Source of the DNA: Carcharhinus amblyrhynchos
Lineage: Eukaryota
DNA length: 64,000 bases
Direction: 5' to 3'
Assembly (NCBI GenBank): GCA_965287045.1
Contig: OZ336890.1
Span: 36,022,001 to 36,086,000, forward strand
Made by a program: the position numbers and the translations under genes. Below are positions 23,559 through 35,526 of this stretch, one piece after another. The stretch's first letter is position 1. The number at the start of each line of letters is the position of its first letter. The notes beneath the pieces are model-generated. The model did no database searches and had not been told where the DNA came from. It worked only from the letters and a program-made list of their open reading frames with translations.

Positions 23559-24161
23559 TTGTGAAGTGCCACCATTTTTGTGTCACCTTTGACACAGTTA
23601 TAAGCCCAGTATGGGTATGAAGGTATCTCAAATTTTCAAGCCATATTTTAAAAAGAACTTAAGAACAAGAAGGTTGCAAAAGGATGGATGACCAAGGATC
23701 ACTTCTTTTGAACATTAATGCACTTCCCTGTGTTCAGAAGACAAAGAAACCATCTAAGCTGTTGTCGACTCAATGTCTTTTCCCTGAAAGGGTACTCAAA
23801 AGGGTAATTTATATTGAATGAGGCATTCAATAACAAAACCACGGCTATCTCCAAAGCTCTCAAAAGTGTGAAAGACTACAATACACTATGTGCATATCCC
23901 AACCCACAGCCTGTTTTTGAAAGAAGGACTTTGGGCTCACAATTGGTCTCATGATTAAGGCTGCCATGTTTGTTACCTATTTTGATTACCTGTTTTTAAA
24001 AAAATAAATAATAGCAAAAGCTATTTTGATTAAAATAATCTGTAATACCAGACTGATGCCATCTGAAATACCATCTGAAAAGCTAGTGAACAAATTGCAA
24101 GTTAACTATGCAACCTTGAAGGTGGGAGAAGGATTTTCCCCCAACCAGTTCCATCTTCAAG

Positions 24162-24324
24162 CCTCCCACAGTCTGAAAGACGTGCTGGTTAGGTGCATTT
24201 ACATGCAAACATTCTCCCTCAGTGTACCCGAACAGGCACACGAGTGGATTTTCACAGTAACTTCACATTGCAGTGTTGATGTGAGTCTACTTGTGACACT
24301 AATAAAAATAAATCAATAATAAAC
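24162..24324 (+). mobile_element. V-SINE, tail A, 3' half
   Basis: CCTCCCACAGTCTGAAAGACGTGCTGG..CTACTTGTGACACTAATAAA. Confidence 0.88.
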
Positions 24325-24918
24325 AAGTTCTCCTGAGAGCTGATCTCTAGGCAATTCTCACAACTTGCTGAGAACTCTCTGCTTTCAAAGACATCCATTC
24401 CAGCTAAAGCATTACTTTATCAAAGAAACCAAGAGCCTGCTATGAAAGAGATGAATATAACTACTGCATATGAACATTTTTTTTACCTGCATCTAATTTT
24501 TTATGTTTGTGATAGCATGTGTAAGATGTCACGTTAAATGTTTGGGTTTGTGTATGTATTTGTTAATAAACAATCTTTTGTATACATAAATTCACAAAAG
24601 CTTGCTGATGGAAACTATTTAAATTGGGACAAACTACTCTCAGTAAGAAAACCCACTAATCTTAACATTAAACACTGATCACAGACAACAACAAAATACA
24701 TAAACTCTGTCCATGACACAGCATGTATCATTGCACACTCATTATGCTTCAGTAAGTTAAATATGGAAATCTAAACTACATGATGTAGCATAGTCTTCGA
24801 AAAGAGTCAAGTGTAAAAATAACGAATTGCCAAAAAAACTGCAAGTAACGGAACAGTGCTTAATATGATCACACCGGATATTTTATTGAGATAAAAAGTG
24901 TTTGTTGAAGAAAATGTA

Positions 24919-25239
24919 AATCATAGAATCCGACAGTGCAAAAGAAGGCCATTCAGCCCATTGAGTCTGCACTGACCACAATCCCACCCAGGCCTCATCC
25001 CCATCACCCATGCATTTACCCTAGTTCGTCACCCTGACAGTAAGGGGTAATTTAGCATGGCCTATCCACCTAACTCACACCTCTTTCGGACAGTGGAAGG
25101 AAACCAGAGCACTCGGAGGAAACACACACAGAAATGGGGAGAATGTGCAAACTCCACACAGAAAGTGACCTGGGAATCGAACCTAGGTTCCTGGCGCTGT
25201 GAAGCAGCAATGCTAACCACTGTGCCGCCATGCCGCCCC
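24919..25239 (-). mobile_element. V-SINE, tail B
   Basis: Full-length copy. Confidence 0.92.
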
Positions 25240-25973
25240 ATAAAGCATTGTATAAAGTCAGGATTGAATGTATGACTGGACCAGGATGTTAATAGCTTTT
25301 TTCTTAACTGGTCATCATTGTTTGATGAATAAAATGTTCATAACTTGATGAAATGAATAATCTCAATTTTCATTCATGCACAAATAAATAGCACTGCTAT
25401 TTAATTAGCTGTGATGGCCTATATTTGTTGGCTATAAAAAAAATTCAGTTTGACAGCTTTTATTTTCTAACTCCTGATAAAACTTGGACATGAAAATGCT
25501 AAATTTGTGAGAAAAATCACACTGGTCTCCTCAATGTTGTTAACTACCAACACCTCAGGCAGACATGGCCAGGCTTATTACACATCTGATCCCCATCTTA
25601 CTACTGCTCACATCTGGTTTGCACACAGCTTAGCAGTGAACTGAATGGGTCACACCACTGAAACACTACCCTGCCAATTATTACACCACCTGAGCCTGTC
25701 TCTGCTCTTTAAATAAGCCATAAGCCTTAAAAATCCCTGATTTTTTTTTAAGAAAAGCATTATTAGGATGATTAATCTGCTAAGTTTTACAGCCAATTGT
25801 TATGCCACGCTAGAGAGCTACAATTTCTCAAATGCTTGTCGGTTACGGTACGGTGCAATAAAATTACTCCAAATCAACAAAATGCACTTTTCAAATAGCT
25901 TCAGCTGAATTTCTTCTTTTAACTCTGGGTTACGCAGCAGGGTGACCAACTGTCCTGTACTTTAAGAGATATT

Positions 25974-26216
25974 GGCCAGAATTCTCCGCTCTTGTTTGCC
26001 TGCCACTGCCGTCAGCGAGAACGGAGAACTTGAATCTGAAACAAAAACAGAAAATCTCAGCGGGTCTGACAGCATCTGTAGAGAGGGAGAATGGAGCCAA
26101 TGTTTCAAGTCTGGACAACCCTTCATCAGAGCTGAATCTGGAGCTCAGCCAAACCTCCATTCACTGCAGCGGGACCAGAGAATCCTAGCCGTGGGCGAGG
26201 TCAGAGGATTCCGGTC
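25974..26216. mobile_element. Harbinger-type MITE nested in the hAT element
   Basis: TIR GGCCAGAATTCTC / GAGGATTCCGGTC with a 3-bp TSD ATT (25971-73, 26217-19). Confidence 0.8.
26039..26132 (-). mobile_element. Penelope-like terminal fragment with hammerhead-like motif, nested in the MITE
   Basis: Flanked by TGAATCTG direct repeats (26031-38, 26133-40). Minus strand AGCT-CTGATGA-AGGGTTGTCCAGACTT-GAAACATT. Confidence 0.65.
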
Positions 26217-26826
26217 ATTGTCCCTTATTTTGACTGTCCCAAATCCTTAAGTGAGACTTTTGTGTCTTGTATTTTTTGAACAGCCTGCAGGATCCTGAGA
26301 GTTCCCAGCTGAGTGATTCAGGATGAGACTGCAAGTTAATCGGCCAACACTGAGATGATGATGTTAACTCCAAGATAAGTTGTAGGTTTTAGTTGCTTTA
26401 ACCTCAGCCCTCACTCTAAAGGCCCCAGCATCATCTATCTCCCCCACCCACTTCCGCAGCAACCCTGCCCTCACCCCACCCTCCCACCCATCTCTGCAGC
26501 ACCCCTCCATACCCACCCAAAGCTCAGTCATCAGTATAGCACCACCTCTCCCTCTCCTCTGGTTGAAGTGTCCCTAATTTTGTTTCTTAACAGTTGGTAA
26601 TCCTGTTCTGTGTCCTTCTTTATCCCGAACATCTGGACAAGATGTCACTTTTCGCTTCTACTGCAATAAAAGCTGCCAACTCACCATGCCAAACTCAACA
26701 GCAGGTTTGCATCAGTCGCTGCATATTTGTTAGTCTTAGCTTGATGATATTGTTTAAAATGTCACAAACAATTGCAGGAGGACACTGTGGGGCTGATCAC
26801 TGAGCTCAGGATACACCCAAGACAAT

Positions 26827-26960
26827 GGGTGGGATTTTCTGACTGTGCTTGTCCCAAGTCCGGAAAATCCTGCCCAAGGCCAACGGAATATGAACCTTTG
26901 CGTGGTCCGTGTCCTGCCTGCTCCAATTCCTGTGGAAGACAGGATGGGAAAATTCCACCT
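26827..26960. mobile_element. Harbinger-type MITE
   Basis: TIR GGGTGGGATTTTC / GAAAATTCCACCT; flanks AAT/AAA. Confidence 0.75.
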
Positions 26961-26995
26961 AAAGTGTCCTGAAAAACCATCAATTTGTTGACAAG

Positions 26996-27303
26996 TCATA
27001 GAATCATAGAATCGCTTCAGTGCAGAAGGAGGCCATTCGGCCCACTGAACCTGCACTGACCACAATCTCACCCAGGCCCTATTCCTATAACTCACATATT
27101 TACCCTGCTAATTCCCCGACACTAGGGTCAATTTAGCATGGTCATTCAACCTAACCTGCACACCTTTGGACTGTGTGAGGAAACCCACGCAGACACGGGA
27201 AAAATCTGCAAAATCCACACAGGCAATGAGCCGGGGCTGGAATTGAACCCGGGTCCCTGGTTGTGAGGCAGCAGTGCTAACCATTGTGCCATCATGCTGC
27301 CCC
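26996..27303 (-). mobile_element. V-SINE, tail B
   Basis: Tail reads (TCATAGAA)2 on the + strand; head at about 27300. Confidence 0.92.
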
Positions 27304-27717
27304 AAAGTGATTTGATGTTTCTCAGAGCAACTCAGACAGCGGCATTTTAACAGCACTGTATCTCCTGCCAAACTCAAGAAGGCCTTCAATATCCATCAGT
27401 GCATGTGCATTGCTCAGTACATGTGTATAAATCCAAGAACTGGAGCTCGCAGCCTGAAACTCAGAGCACCAGAGCGTGGAGCGAAGGATTTGCAGACTGG
27501 AAACGAAAACTCTTTCCTTGTGGAATATTATACTGCAATCACATTGGTGATGCTCAAAGCAGCCTACGATCCATTTACGTTAATGAGATTAATGAGACAG
27601 AGTTTAGAAACACAGACCAACATGACTGCAGTAAAATATCCCACGAGGAAAAGATTTCAGCTTCCCAACTGCAAATCCTTCCCTTCTAACCCGAGTGAAA
27701 GAAGTTTTTAGAATTCA

Positions 27718-28060
27718 TCAAAGAACAAAGAACATTACAGCACAGAAAGAGGCCTTTTGGCCCTCTCAGTATGCACTGATCACATTTACCTATCTAAACC
27801 AACTGCTTATATCACTCTATTCCCCGTTTGTTCATATACCTACCAAGATAAACATCACTAGCATAACTGCCTCAACCACCTCACTTCGCAGTGTATTCCA
27901 GGCTCCCACCACCTTCTGTGTAAAAATCATCCCCTGCACATCTCCAGTGAACCTTTCCGCCCCTTAACTTGAACTTGTTCCCCCCTTGTAATTGTCATTT
28001 CTGCCCTGGGAAAAAGCTTCCAACTGTTCAACATTTCCATATCTCTCAGAATTTTATAAT
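27718..28060 (-). mobile_element. CR1 LINE 3' end
   Basis: (CAAAGAA)n tail followed by the CR1 3' UTR and ORF2 C-terminus in antisense. Confidence 0.82.
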
Positions 28061-28691
28061 TAGACACTGTCAGTCCAAGTTAGAAATTCATAATGCCCCC
28101 TCTTACAGTTGCCTGCGCTCTGCTGCGCATCGTCACTGATAACAATGGCGGCTCTCAACCTGGGCCTATCATCCATATACTACTGCGGCAGCAAGTGCAG
28201 CCTTTTAACAAAACCCTGGGACTTTGATGCAAAAGTGGTGCTTTGTGTGGGAAACACACAGAAATTCATGAGGTATGTCACAGGCCCCAATGATTTGCCC
28301 TGACAGTGATTGCACAAGGCAAGGAAACAAGTACAACAATGCAAATTAATTGAAGATTATGGAATTATGCATTGAGCTATTTCCTTGTCTTAATATAAAG
28401 AGCTGCAGTGCCAGTCTCCCCCGGGTTTGCTGGCCGGCTGCACAACACTGCTGAGATGTGACAGAATGACATCAGTTTCCACAAAGGGCACAGGTGGAAC
28501 CCAGAAATGTTGCGTACCTGACTGACAGGCGGCCTTGCTGTGAGCTCACCCATGTGACTCCACAGTCATTTCACACGAAGACCTTACAGCTATAGAGCGA
28601 GAGGAGACATTCATCACTGTCAGTCAAGGCTGGATTTAAATACATGTCACAAAGTGAACAGAGTGCACAGCTGAGTGCCCTCAGAGGCAAT

Positions 28692-29258
28692 AAGGGAAAT
28701 TATAACTTCCCCCACGTCCTGGTCGAAAGGGAGCAGGGTGGGAGTAAAATGGGAGCGGTGGACTCAATCCTGACCCGTGGCCATTTCAACATATTCCTTT
28801 CAAATGGCTGAAGTGCTTTTCTGATGCAGACGTGCTTATGCAAGTCACTTTGAAATCGGATCTCCAATTCGTGAGTGAGCTGTCAGCCATGGGTGTTCAG
28901 AAGTGCCAGAAGCCGATGTCCTTGCAGGATGAGTGTTGGGAGAGCTGGGGTGTTTGCCCAGGGTCCAGTGAGGAGAATCTGAGCTGCTGCGTGGCCCCAG
29001 GTTTCCTCACACTCTTTCCCACCACCTACTGAGCACACTCCCAGACTGATTTTTCCTCTCTCTCAGACTGACAGTCTCTGAATTGCAGATCTGTACAGGC
29101 CAAAAGGCAGCAAGCAACCTCCTAGTGCCTATATGGGAAGCTGGGCAACAGGATGTCAATGAGGCCAAACTAAAGGCCAGGTTAGGCCTTTGACTGCAGT
29201 TCCTACACCAGCTGCCCATTCATCTCACTAGCCCCAGGTCAGGAGTTAAAATTCCTCC
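28692..29258. mobile_element. Harbinger-type non-autonomous element
   Basis: Imperfect TIR GGGAAATTATAAC / GTTAAAATTCCTCC. Confidence 0.5.
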
Positions 29259-29324
29259 TAATATAAATGGCAGTGAGCTTATTTTCAATTATTAAAACTT
29301 TTATGATGGACTGTCATAATGTTA

Positions 29325-29781
29325 AAGCAGTCTATTGCTCATATGTAGCATGACCTGCACAAGACTGCAGGAAACTACAAAAGATTGTGAAGGTAGCCCA
29401 ATCCATCACACAAACCAGCCTCCCAACCATTGACTCTGTCTATACTTCCCGCTGCCTCAGAAAAGCAACCAGTACAATCAAGGAACTCATGTACCCAGAC
29501 ATTCTCTCTTCCACTTTCTTCCTTTGGGAAAAAGGTACAAAATTCTGAGGTCATGTACCAATCAAATCAAGCTTCTTCCCTGCTGCCATCAGACTTTTGA
29601 ATGGACTTACCTTATATTAAGTTGATCTTTCATACACCCTATCTATGACTATAACACTACATTCTGCATGCCCTCATTTCCTTCTCTATGAACAGTATGC
29701 TTTGTCTGTGTCGCGCACAAGAAACTATGCTTTTCACTGTATATTAATGCATGTGAGAATAATAAATCAAATCAAATCAAA
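29325..29781 (+). mobile_element. Rex1/Babar-like LINE 3' end
   Basis: Homologous to 23085-23558; AATAAATCAAATCAAATCAA tail. Confidence 0.88.
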
Positions 29782-29804
29782 AACACCATTCAATTTTGGA
29801 CTTA

Positions 29805-30530
29805 TAAGTGGCAAGTAATGTGCACCAAATCAACAAGAGAGGATCTAACTATTGCCCCTTAACATTCAATGGTATTACCAGTGCTGAATCTCCCACTATC
29901 AACATCCTGTGGGTTACAATTGAGCAGAAATTCAACATGGCTGCAAGAGCAGATCAGAGACAGGGAATTCACCTCCTGATTCCCCAGAGCTTGTCCAGAA
30001 TCAACAAGACATAAGTCAGTAGTGTGATGGAAAACTCCCCACTTGCCTGGATGAGTGCAGCTCCAACAACACTCAAGAAGCTCAACACCATTCAGGACAA
30101 AGCAGCCTGATTCATTCGCACCTCATTCACCACCTTAAACATTTATAACTTCCAGTAACGACTCACATTAGCAGTAGTATCTACAAACTACACTGCAGTA
30201 ACTGACCAAGGTTCTTTCAACAGCATCTTCCAAATCTGTGACCTTTGCAACCTACAAGAACAAGGGCAATAGATGCATTGGAACAAAACCGCCAGCAAGT
30301 TTCCCTCCAAGCCACATATCAACTCGACTTGGAACTACATCACTATTGCTTTACTGTGGCTGGGTCGAAATCCTGGAAATCCTTTCCTAACAGCACTGTG
30401 GGTGTGCTTAAACCACATGGACTACAGCAGTTCAAGAAGGCAGCTCATCACCATCTTCTCAAGGGCAATCAGGGATGGGCAATAAATGCTGGCCTAGCCA
30501 GTGGCGCCCACATCACGTAAATGAATAAAT
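29805..30530 (+). mobile_element. CR1-group LINE 3' region (same family as 9400-10422)
   Basis: PLTFNGIT.AESPTINIL.VTI..K ORF2 relic; tail AAGGGCAATCAGGGATGGGCAATAAATGCTGGCCTAGCC..ATGAATAAA. Confidence 0.85.
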
Positions 30531-30610
30531 TATAAAAATGTTACTGGCATAAGCTACAAGTTCTGAATAAATGGCTGATCCGCAGTGTGGCATCTGTGAT
30601 CAAACTGAAT

Positions 30611-30813
30611 GGCTAGAATTCTCTGGCTATTCATGCCCACGGGATTCTTTGGGTAAACCAGCAGTGCACCCCCACCCACGGGTTTCCTGTCAGTGGGGGT
30701 GTCATCAATGGGAGTCCCATTGACAGCGGCGAGACCAGAGAATTCCACCACTGGCAAACAAGTTGCCAACTTCTGCCGGTGGGAAAAATGCGGTTGGCCG
30801 TAAAATCTTGCCC
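30611..30813. mobile_element. Harbinger-type MITE
   Basis: TIR GGCTAGAATTCT / AAAATCTTGCCC; TSD AAT on both sides. Confidence 0.8.
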
Positions 30814-30874
30814 AATGACTCATCTACATTGTAGAGGTGTAGAGTTTGCAGAACCTTAAGTACAGTGATTGTTG

Positions 30875-30983
30875 GCAGATTTGATGAAAGTTTATCAACT
30901 TGAAATGTTAATTCTGTTTCTCTCTCTATAGCTGCAGCCAGACCCACTGAATACTGCCATCATTTTCTATTTGTATTTTATTT
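30875..30983 (+). repeat. Penelope-like terminal fragment (degenerate)
   Basis: TTGATGAAAG..CTTGAAATGTTAATTCTGTTTCTCTCTCTATAG..CATTTTCTATTTG, same family as 26039-26132. Confidence 0.6.
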
Positions 30984-31109
30984 GGCTGAAACTCTACCAC
31001 CTTGCCCACCACGGAATCGGTGCGAGCGAAGGTCCGGCGACGGAAATCTCCATTGACTTTGGGCAGGAATTTCAGGTTCTTGCCCGAGCGAGACCATAAA
31101 ATCCCGCCC
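30984..31109. mobile_element. Harbinger-type MITE
   Basis: GGCTGAAACTCT / AAAATCCCGCCC ends; TSD TTT. Confidence 0.75.
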
Positions 31110-32174
31110 TTTCGATGATCGTGCGAGACTTCATTGCAGATAAATAGTTAATGAATAATGTGCCTGCCTCTTCAATACTGTCACCAGTACTCTGGATATC
31201 ATTGGGAAAACTTTCCAAAACAGTTACAGTTATTAATCATAAAGAATTCAAAAGCCTCTCAATGTGTGCCCTGAAATGCAAAGATAGGACTGGGCCTTTT
31301 TCCAAATTCACACCCTTGCGCTGAGCAGCATGTCTGCTAAAGAACCCTGTGTATTATCCATTGGAATGAATCATTATTCAAAGAGGGTGGAGTGCCGCCT
31401 GATCAAAACATCTTTCACTCCCTCGTTCTGTTGAAGCTCGTCTATTTCATTCTAACATTTTCATGAGGGGTCCGTTCTACTGGGAGGAGTGCAGTTGCTT
31501 CCAGAATTCCGATGTGAACATTGCTAACAACATTAAGATTCCTGGCTTCCCTGCCTACAATGCAGTCACAGGCTGGCATTAGCATGTGAGCAGCTCCAAC
31601 ACCTTGTCAAGAATCTGATTTATTTTGTCATGAATAGAATTTGAATGATTCTAAGCATTATGTAATAGGAGTAATGAAGTTGAAGATAGGCATTATTAGT
31701 GACTAATGGTCAGCGGACTTGGTTGGGACAGGTGAGGTTAACTGTCTGAAGTAATAAGCACATAATATTATTCATCAATGCTGCAGGTATTTAGATTCAT
31801 TATTGCTTAATTAACTTTCCATTTTGCAGAGGATATACATCATAATGCGGAGGTTTTGTTTGTATTACATTTGAGGTATGAGGTGTAGCATTTACACAAA
31901 GCCAAATTTACCAATCAAATTTATCACTTATTTATGCAAATCCTGCTTGTTTTATTTGAATGTTTGCATTCTAAAGCGCGGACAATCTGAAATATAAACG
32001 CTCCAAAGGCTGCTGCAGCATTACGTGTCACATTAATAATTACTTTGTAGCACGATTGTCATTAGGGATTTGATTGCAAAATAGAGTAATTAAAGGGCTT
32101 GGTTGATGCACTAGTTTCAGCATTGGTCTTTCGCATCTGGGATCTGAGTCCAAATCCACTGAATTGTGGAAATG

Positions 32175-32960
32175 TGCAACACCGAAGGAGATCATTCAGC
32201 TCCTCAAGCTAGTCTTGGATCTTTACTCGAGCAATCCAGTCATAACCCCATTTCTCATACTCTTCCCTAAAACCTGATCTCTTTCTCTGTTTCAAACATC
32301 TATCCATTTTTTTCCCCACCAAAAAATCAATGGACTTGCCTCAAACACTTCCTTTGGCAAAACATACCATGCTCCAACACCACCTCTGCATAAAGACATT
32401 CAAGTTAATCTTTCTTTTCATACGATTAGTAATCATCCTAAATCAGTGAGCTCTCCATCCAGAGGAAATGACCCTTTTTTTTAACTCAATCTCAAACTTT
32501 TGCAGTTTTAAGTTTCTCCATTTTTTTCTGAGCCTTCTCTGATGCAATTTCATCAGCGCATCTTCCTTCTTGAAAGTACAATCTCACTTCACTGCCAGCA
32601 TCCTCATGAACAGTGATAAATTCCTATGGCTACAGTATATGAGCTGGGCAGGGACATACAAAAGTGCACACAGTACCCAGGACAATGGTCTAAGCAATCT
32701 TTTGTTAGAGTTTATTATTGCATCCATCTTGTATTATATGCAAATTATTTATTTAGCTTTATCTACTTGCTCCTGTACGTTTAGGGAATTACATAATGAA
32801 TCATTGGTTTCTCGCTGTTCATTCTCACCCTCTTTTATCTTTCTGATTTTTTTTCTTCTTCCTCCTAATATGGTATGCATATCCATGTTAAATTGCATCT
32901 GCTGCCTGTATTATTTTGGTCTTATCCCTTTAACCTACATCTTCCTGAAGTATTTTGCAG
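32175..32960 (-). mobile_element. Old, degenerate CR1 LINE 3' part
   Basis: Antisense CR1-like 3' UTR (GAAGGAGATCATTCAGCTCCTC) and decayed ORF2 motifs (ATCCATGTTAAATTGCATCTGC = QMQFNMD). Confidence 0.6.
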
Positions 32961-33111
32961 CCCAGATGGATCGACAGAAATGTGTTCTGACTGTTGGTTG
33001 CAAGCATGCCACAGAAAGTGAGTTTGGAAACTTTCAACCTAACTCCAACATAAAACTCTCGCCAAGGTTAATTTGTTGTGGGGAATGTCACTCACTCTCT
33101 TGCAATCGGGA

Positions 33112-33390
33112 TAGAATCCCAACAGTGCAGAAGGAGGACAATTGGCTCATCCAGTCTGCACCAACTGTTAGCCAGGCTTACCCCGTAACCCCGCTAACTT
33201 AAGGGGCAGTTAAACATGGCCATTCAACCTAACCATCTTTGGCATGTTGGAGGAAACCAGAGCACCCAGAGGAAACCCACGCAGATACGGGGAGAATGTG
33301 CAAACTCCACACAGACAGTCACCCAAGGCCGGAATTGAACCTGGATCCATGGTACTAGGAGACAGCAATGCTAACCACTGTGCCGCTGTG
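33112..33390 (-). mobile_element. V-SINE, tail B (internally deleted)
   Basis: Head, V-domain and CR1-type tail present. Confidence 0.9.
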
Positions 33391-33428
33391 AGGTGGGGGA
33401 AAAGATGGTGTATTGGACCAAAGCAGAG

Positions 33429-33551
33429 TTTAAAGTTTATTTATTGGTGTCACCATTAGGCTCACGTCCACACTGCAATGAAGTAACTGTGAAAATCCCC
33501 GAGCTGCCACACTCAGGTGCCTGTTCAGGTACACTGAGGGAGAATTTAGCA
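33429..33551 (-). mobile_element. V-SINE tail A fragment
   Basis: Only the variant-A 3' tail is present. Confidence 0.85.
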
Positions 33552-33719
33552 ATTTTGAAATATCATGCTGTTTCAATACTCTGACTGGATCACTTCTTGT
33601 TATTTTAAACTCAGTTGACTCAACCTCTCATCATAGCACAACCTCCTCATTGCAGGGACTAAGTTAATGAGTATTTGTTGTTCCTAACAACATGACAAAT
33701 AAACAATGTTGCATAAAAA

Positions 33720-33889
33720 TCAATGCATCTAACCAGACTTTCGGACTGTGGGAGGAAACCACAGCATCCAGAGGAAACCCATGCAGACATGGGGAGAACA
33801 TGTAGAGTCCACACAGACAGTGACCCAAGCCAGGAATCGAGTCTAAGTCCCTGGCTCTGAAAGGCAGTGGTGCTAGCCACTGTGACACT
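33720..33889 (-). mobile_element. V-SINE head and V-domain fragment
   Basis: May be the 5' half of the 33429-33551 tail, separated by about 170 bp. Confidence 0.85.
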
Positions 33890-34106
33890 TTTTATGCTAC
33901 ATTGAAATATGCTAAACTTGAGCTGGGAGAATTTAAAACTGATACTGGACGTCCAAATGGAAAGTCTTCTATTAGAACTTTATCAGGTTCATCTTGACTG
34001 CTTTCCTTGAAGCAAAATAAAAGCTCATCATCTTGCCAACTACAGTCCTACTCAATTTTAACAACCTAACTTGGTGCGCAAATTGTCTGCTGTACCTGCC
34101 TACATA

Positions 34107-34545
34107 CAAGGACAGAAGAAATAGGGGCAGGTGTTGACCATTGCCCTGTTAAGCCATTCAGTGCGATCATGGCTGATCTTGGGCTTGAATTCCACCTACC
34201 TGTCTGTCCCCCAAACCCCTTCATTCCCTGGAAAACCACAAATCTCTCTATCCCAACCTTAAATATGTTCAACAATGGAACATTCACAACCTTCTGAGTG
34301 AAGTCATTTCCCTTCATCTCAGTCCAAAATGAATGGTCCCTTATCCTGAGATGGTGCCCCTATGTCTTAGATACCCCAACAAGTGGAGACAATAGCTGTG
34401 CCTACCCTATCAAGCTGTTTCAATGCTCCAAAGGGATCACCCCTCATTCTTTTAAACTCAAGAGGATGTAGACCCAATTGACTTAACCGTTCATCACAGC
34501 ACAACTTTTTCATTGCAGGCACTAAGTTAATGAATGTTCACTGTA
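34107..34545 (-). mobile_element. CR1 LINE 3' end
   Basis: GAAGAAATAGGGGCAGG..GATCATGGCTGATC 3' UTR, as in the young copy at 62020. Confidence 0.85.
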
Positions 34546-35086
34546 TATGATAAATACAATATTGCAACATATAACATACTCAACAACACAGGGTGGGGAG
34601 GGGGGCATGAAATGGATCAATGCCAGCAAGGCAAAATGAGCTCAGTTATACACCGCCCTACTCTTTACTTTTCATTGACTTGGAAAATATTGCCAAGACT
34701 TTTAAATTCAAGCCAAACAACAATGACAAAGAGACAAGGAATGAGTCTTTAAACTGAAACTGAACTATCATTCTGTGAACTTCAATGGAAGGAAGATCAG
34801 GCACGAAGAATTGGTTGATGATTATTTTCAAGCCCGCTTTGAACTGCTGGCATAAACAAATGTCACCCCGTTGATGGTAAGACAAAGTCATCCATCGTCC
34901 GTAAAATGTTCCGGGACATCCTGAAGAAGCACTCGGTGAGATGGCCAAGTGTAAAACGGCATCTGTGTTTGGGTGGACGGATTCCCTGGTGGGAGGGTGT
35001 GGCATTGAATGGAATCACATCTATTCAATTTTAAGGTCCACGTCTAGCCTCAGAGCCCACATTAGGGGGAGCGTAGAAACCACCTT

Positions 35087-35526
35087 GCTGGCTGTATCAC
35101 AGCTTGGTATGGCTCCTGTTCTATCCAGGCCCACATGAAACTACAAAGAGTCGTGAGCGGAAACCAGCCTCCCGTCCAATGACTCCGCCTGTATTTCCTA
35201 CTGCCTCAGCAAAGCAGTCACATAATTAAGGACCCCACGCACCCCGGACATTCTCTCTTCCATCTTTTTCTGTCAGGAAAAAGATACAGAAGTCTGAGGT
35301 CACATGCCAACCGACTCAAGAACAGTTTCTTCTCTGCTGCCATCAGACATTTGAATGGACCTACCTCGCATTAAGTTGATCTTTCTCTACACCCTAGCTC
35401 TGACTGTAACACTACACTCTACGCCCTTTCATTTTCTATGAACGGTATGCTTTGTCCGTATAACACGCAAGAAACAATACTTTTCACAGTATACCAATAA
35501 ATGTGAGAATAATAAATCAAATCAAA
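35087..35526 (+). mobile_element. Rex1/Babar-like LINE 3' end
   Basis: GCITAWYG..IIKDPTHPGHSLFH motifs; TCAAATCAAA tail. Confidence 0.88.

Larger units (their letters stand above)
25938..26605. mobile_element. hAT (Blackjack-like) non-autonomous element
   Basis: TIRs CAGGGTGACCAACTGT (25938) and ACAGTTGGTAATCCTG (ends 26605) resemble Blackjack-type AGGGTGACCA termini. The 8-bp TSD is not convincing. Confidence 0.6.

Noticed and set aside
23559-24718. Possible degenerate solo LTR (TG..CA, AATAAA)
   Set aside because: No TSD or second copy, and the boundaries are guesswork.
32570-33202. 210-aa ORF, the longest non-RT ORF in the track
   Set aside because: It runs antisense through a decayed CR1 and ends inside a SINE, with no recognisable domain.
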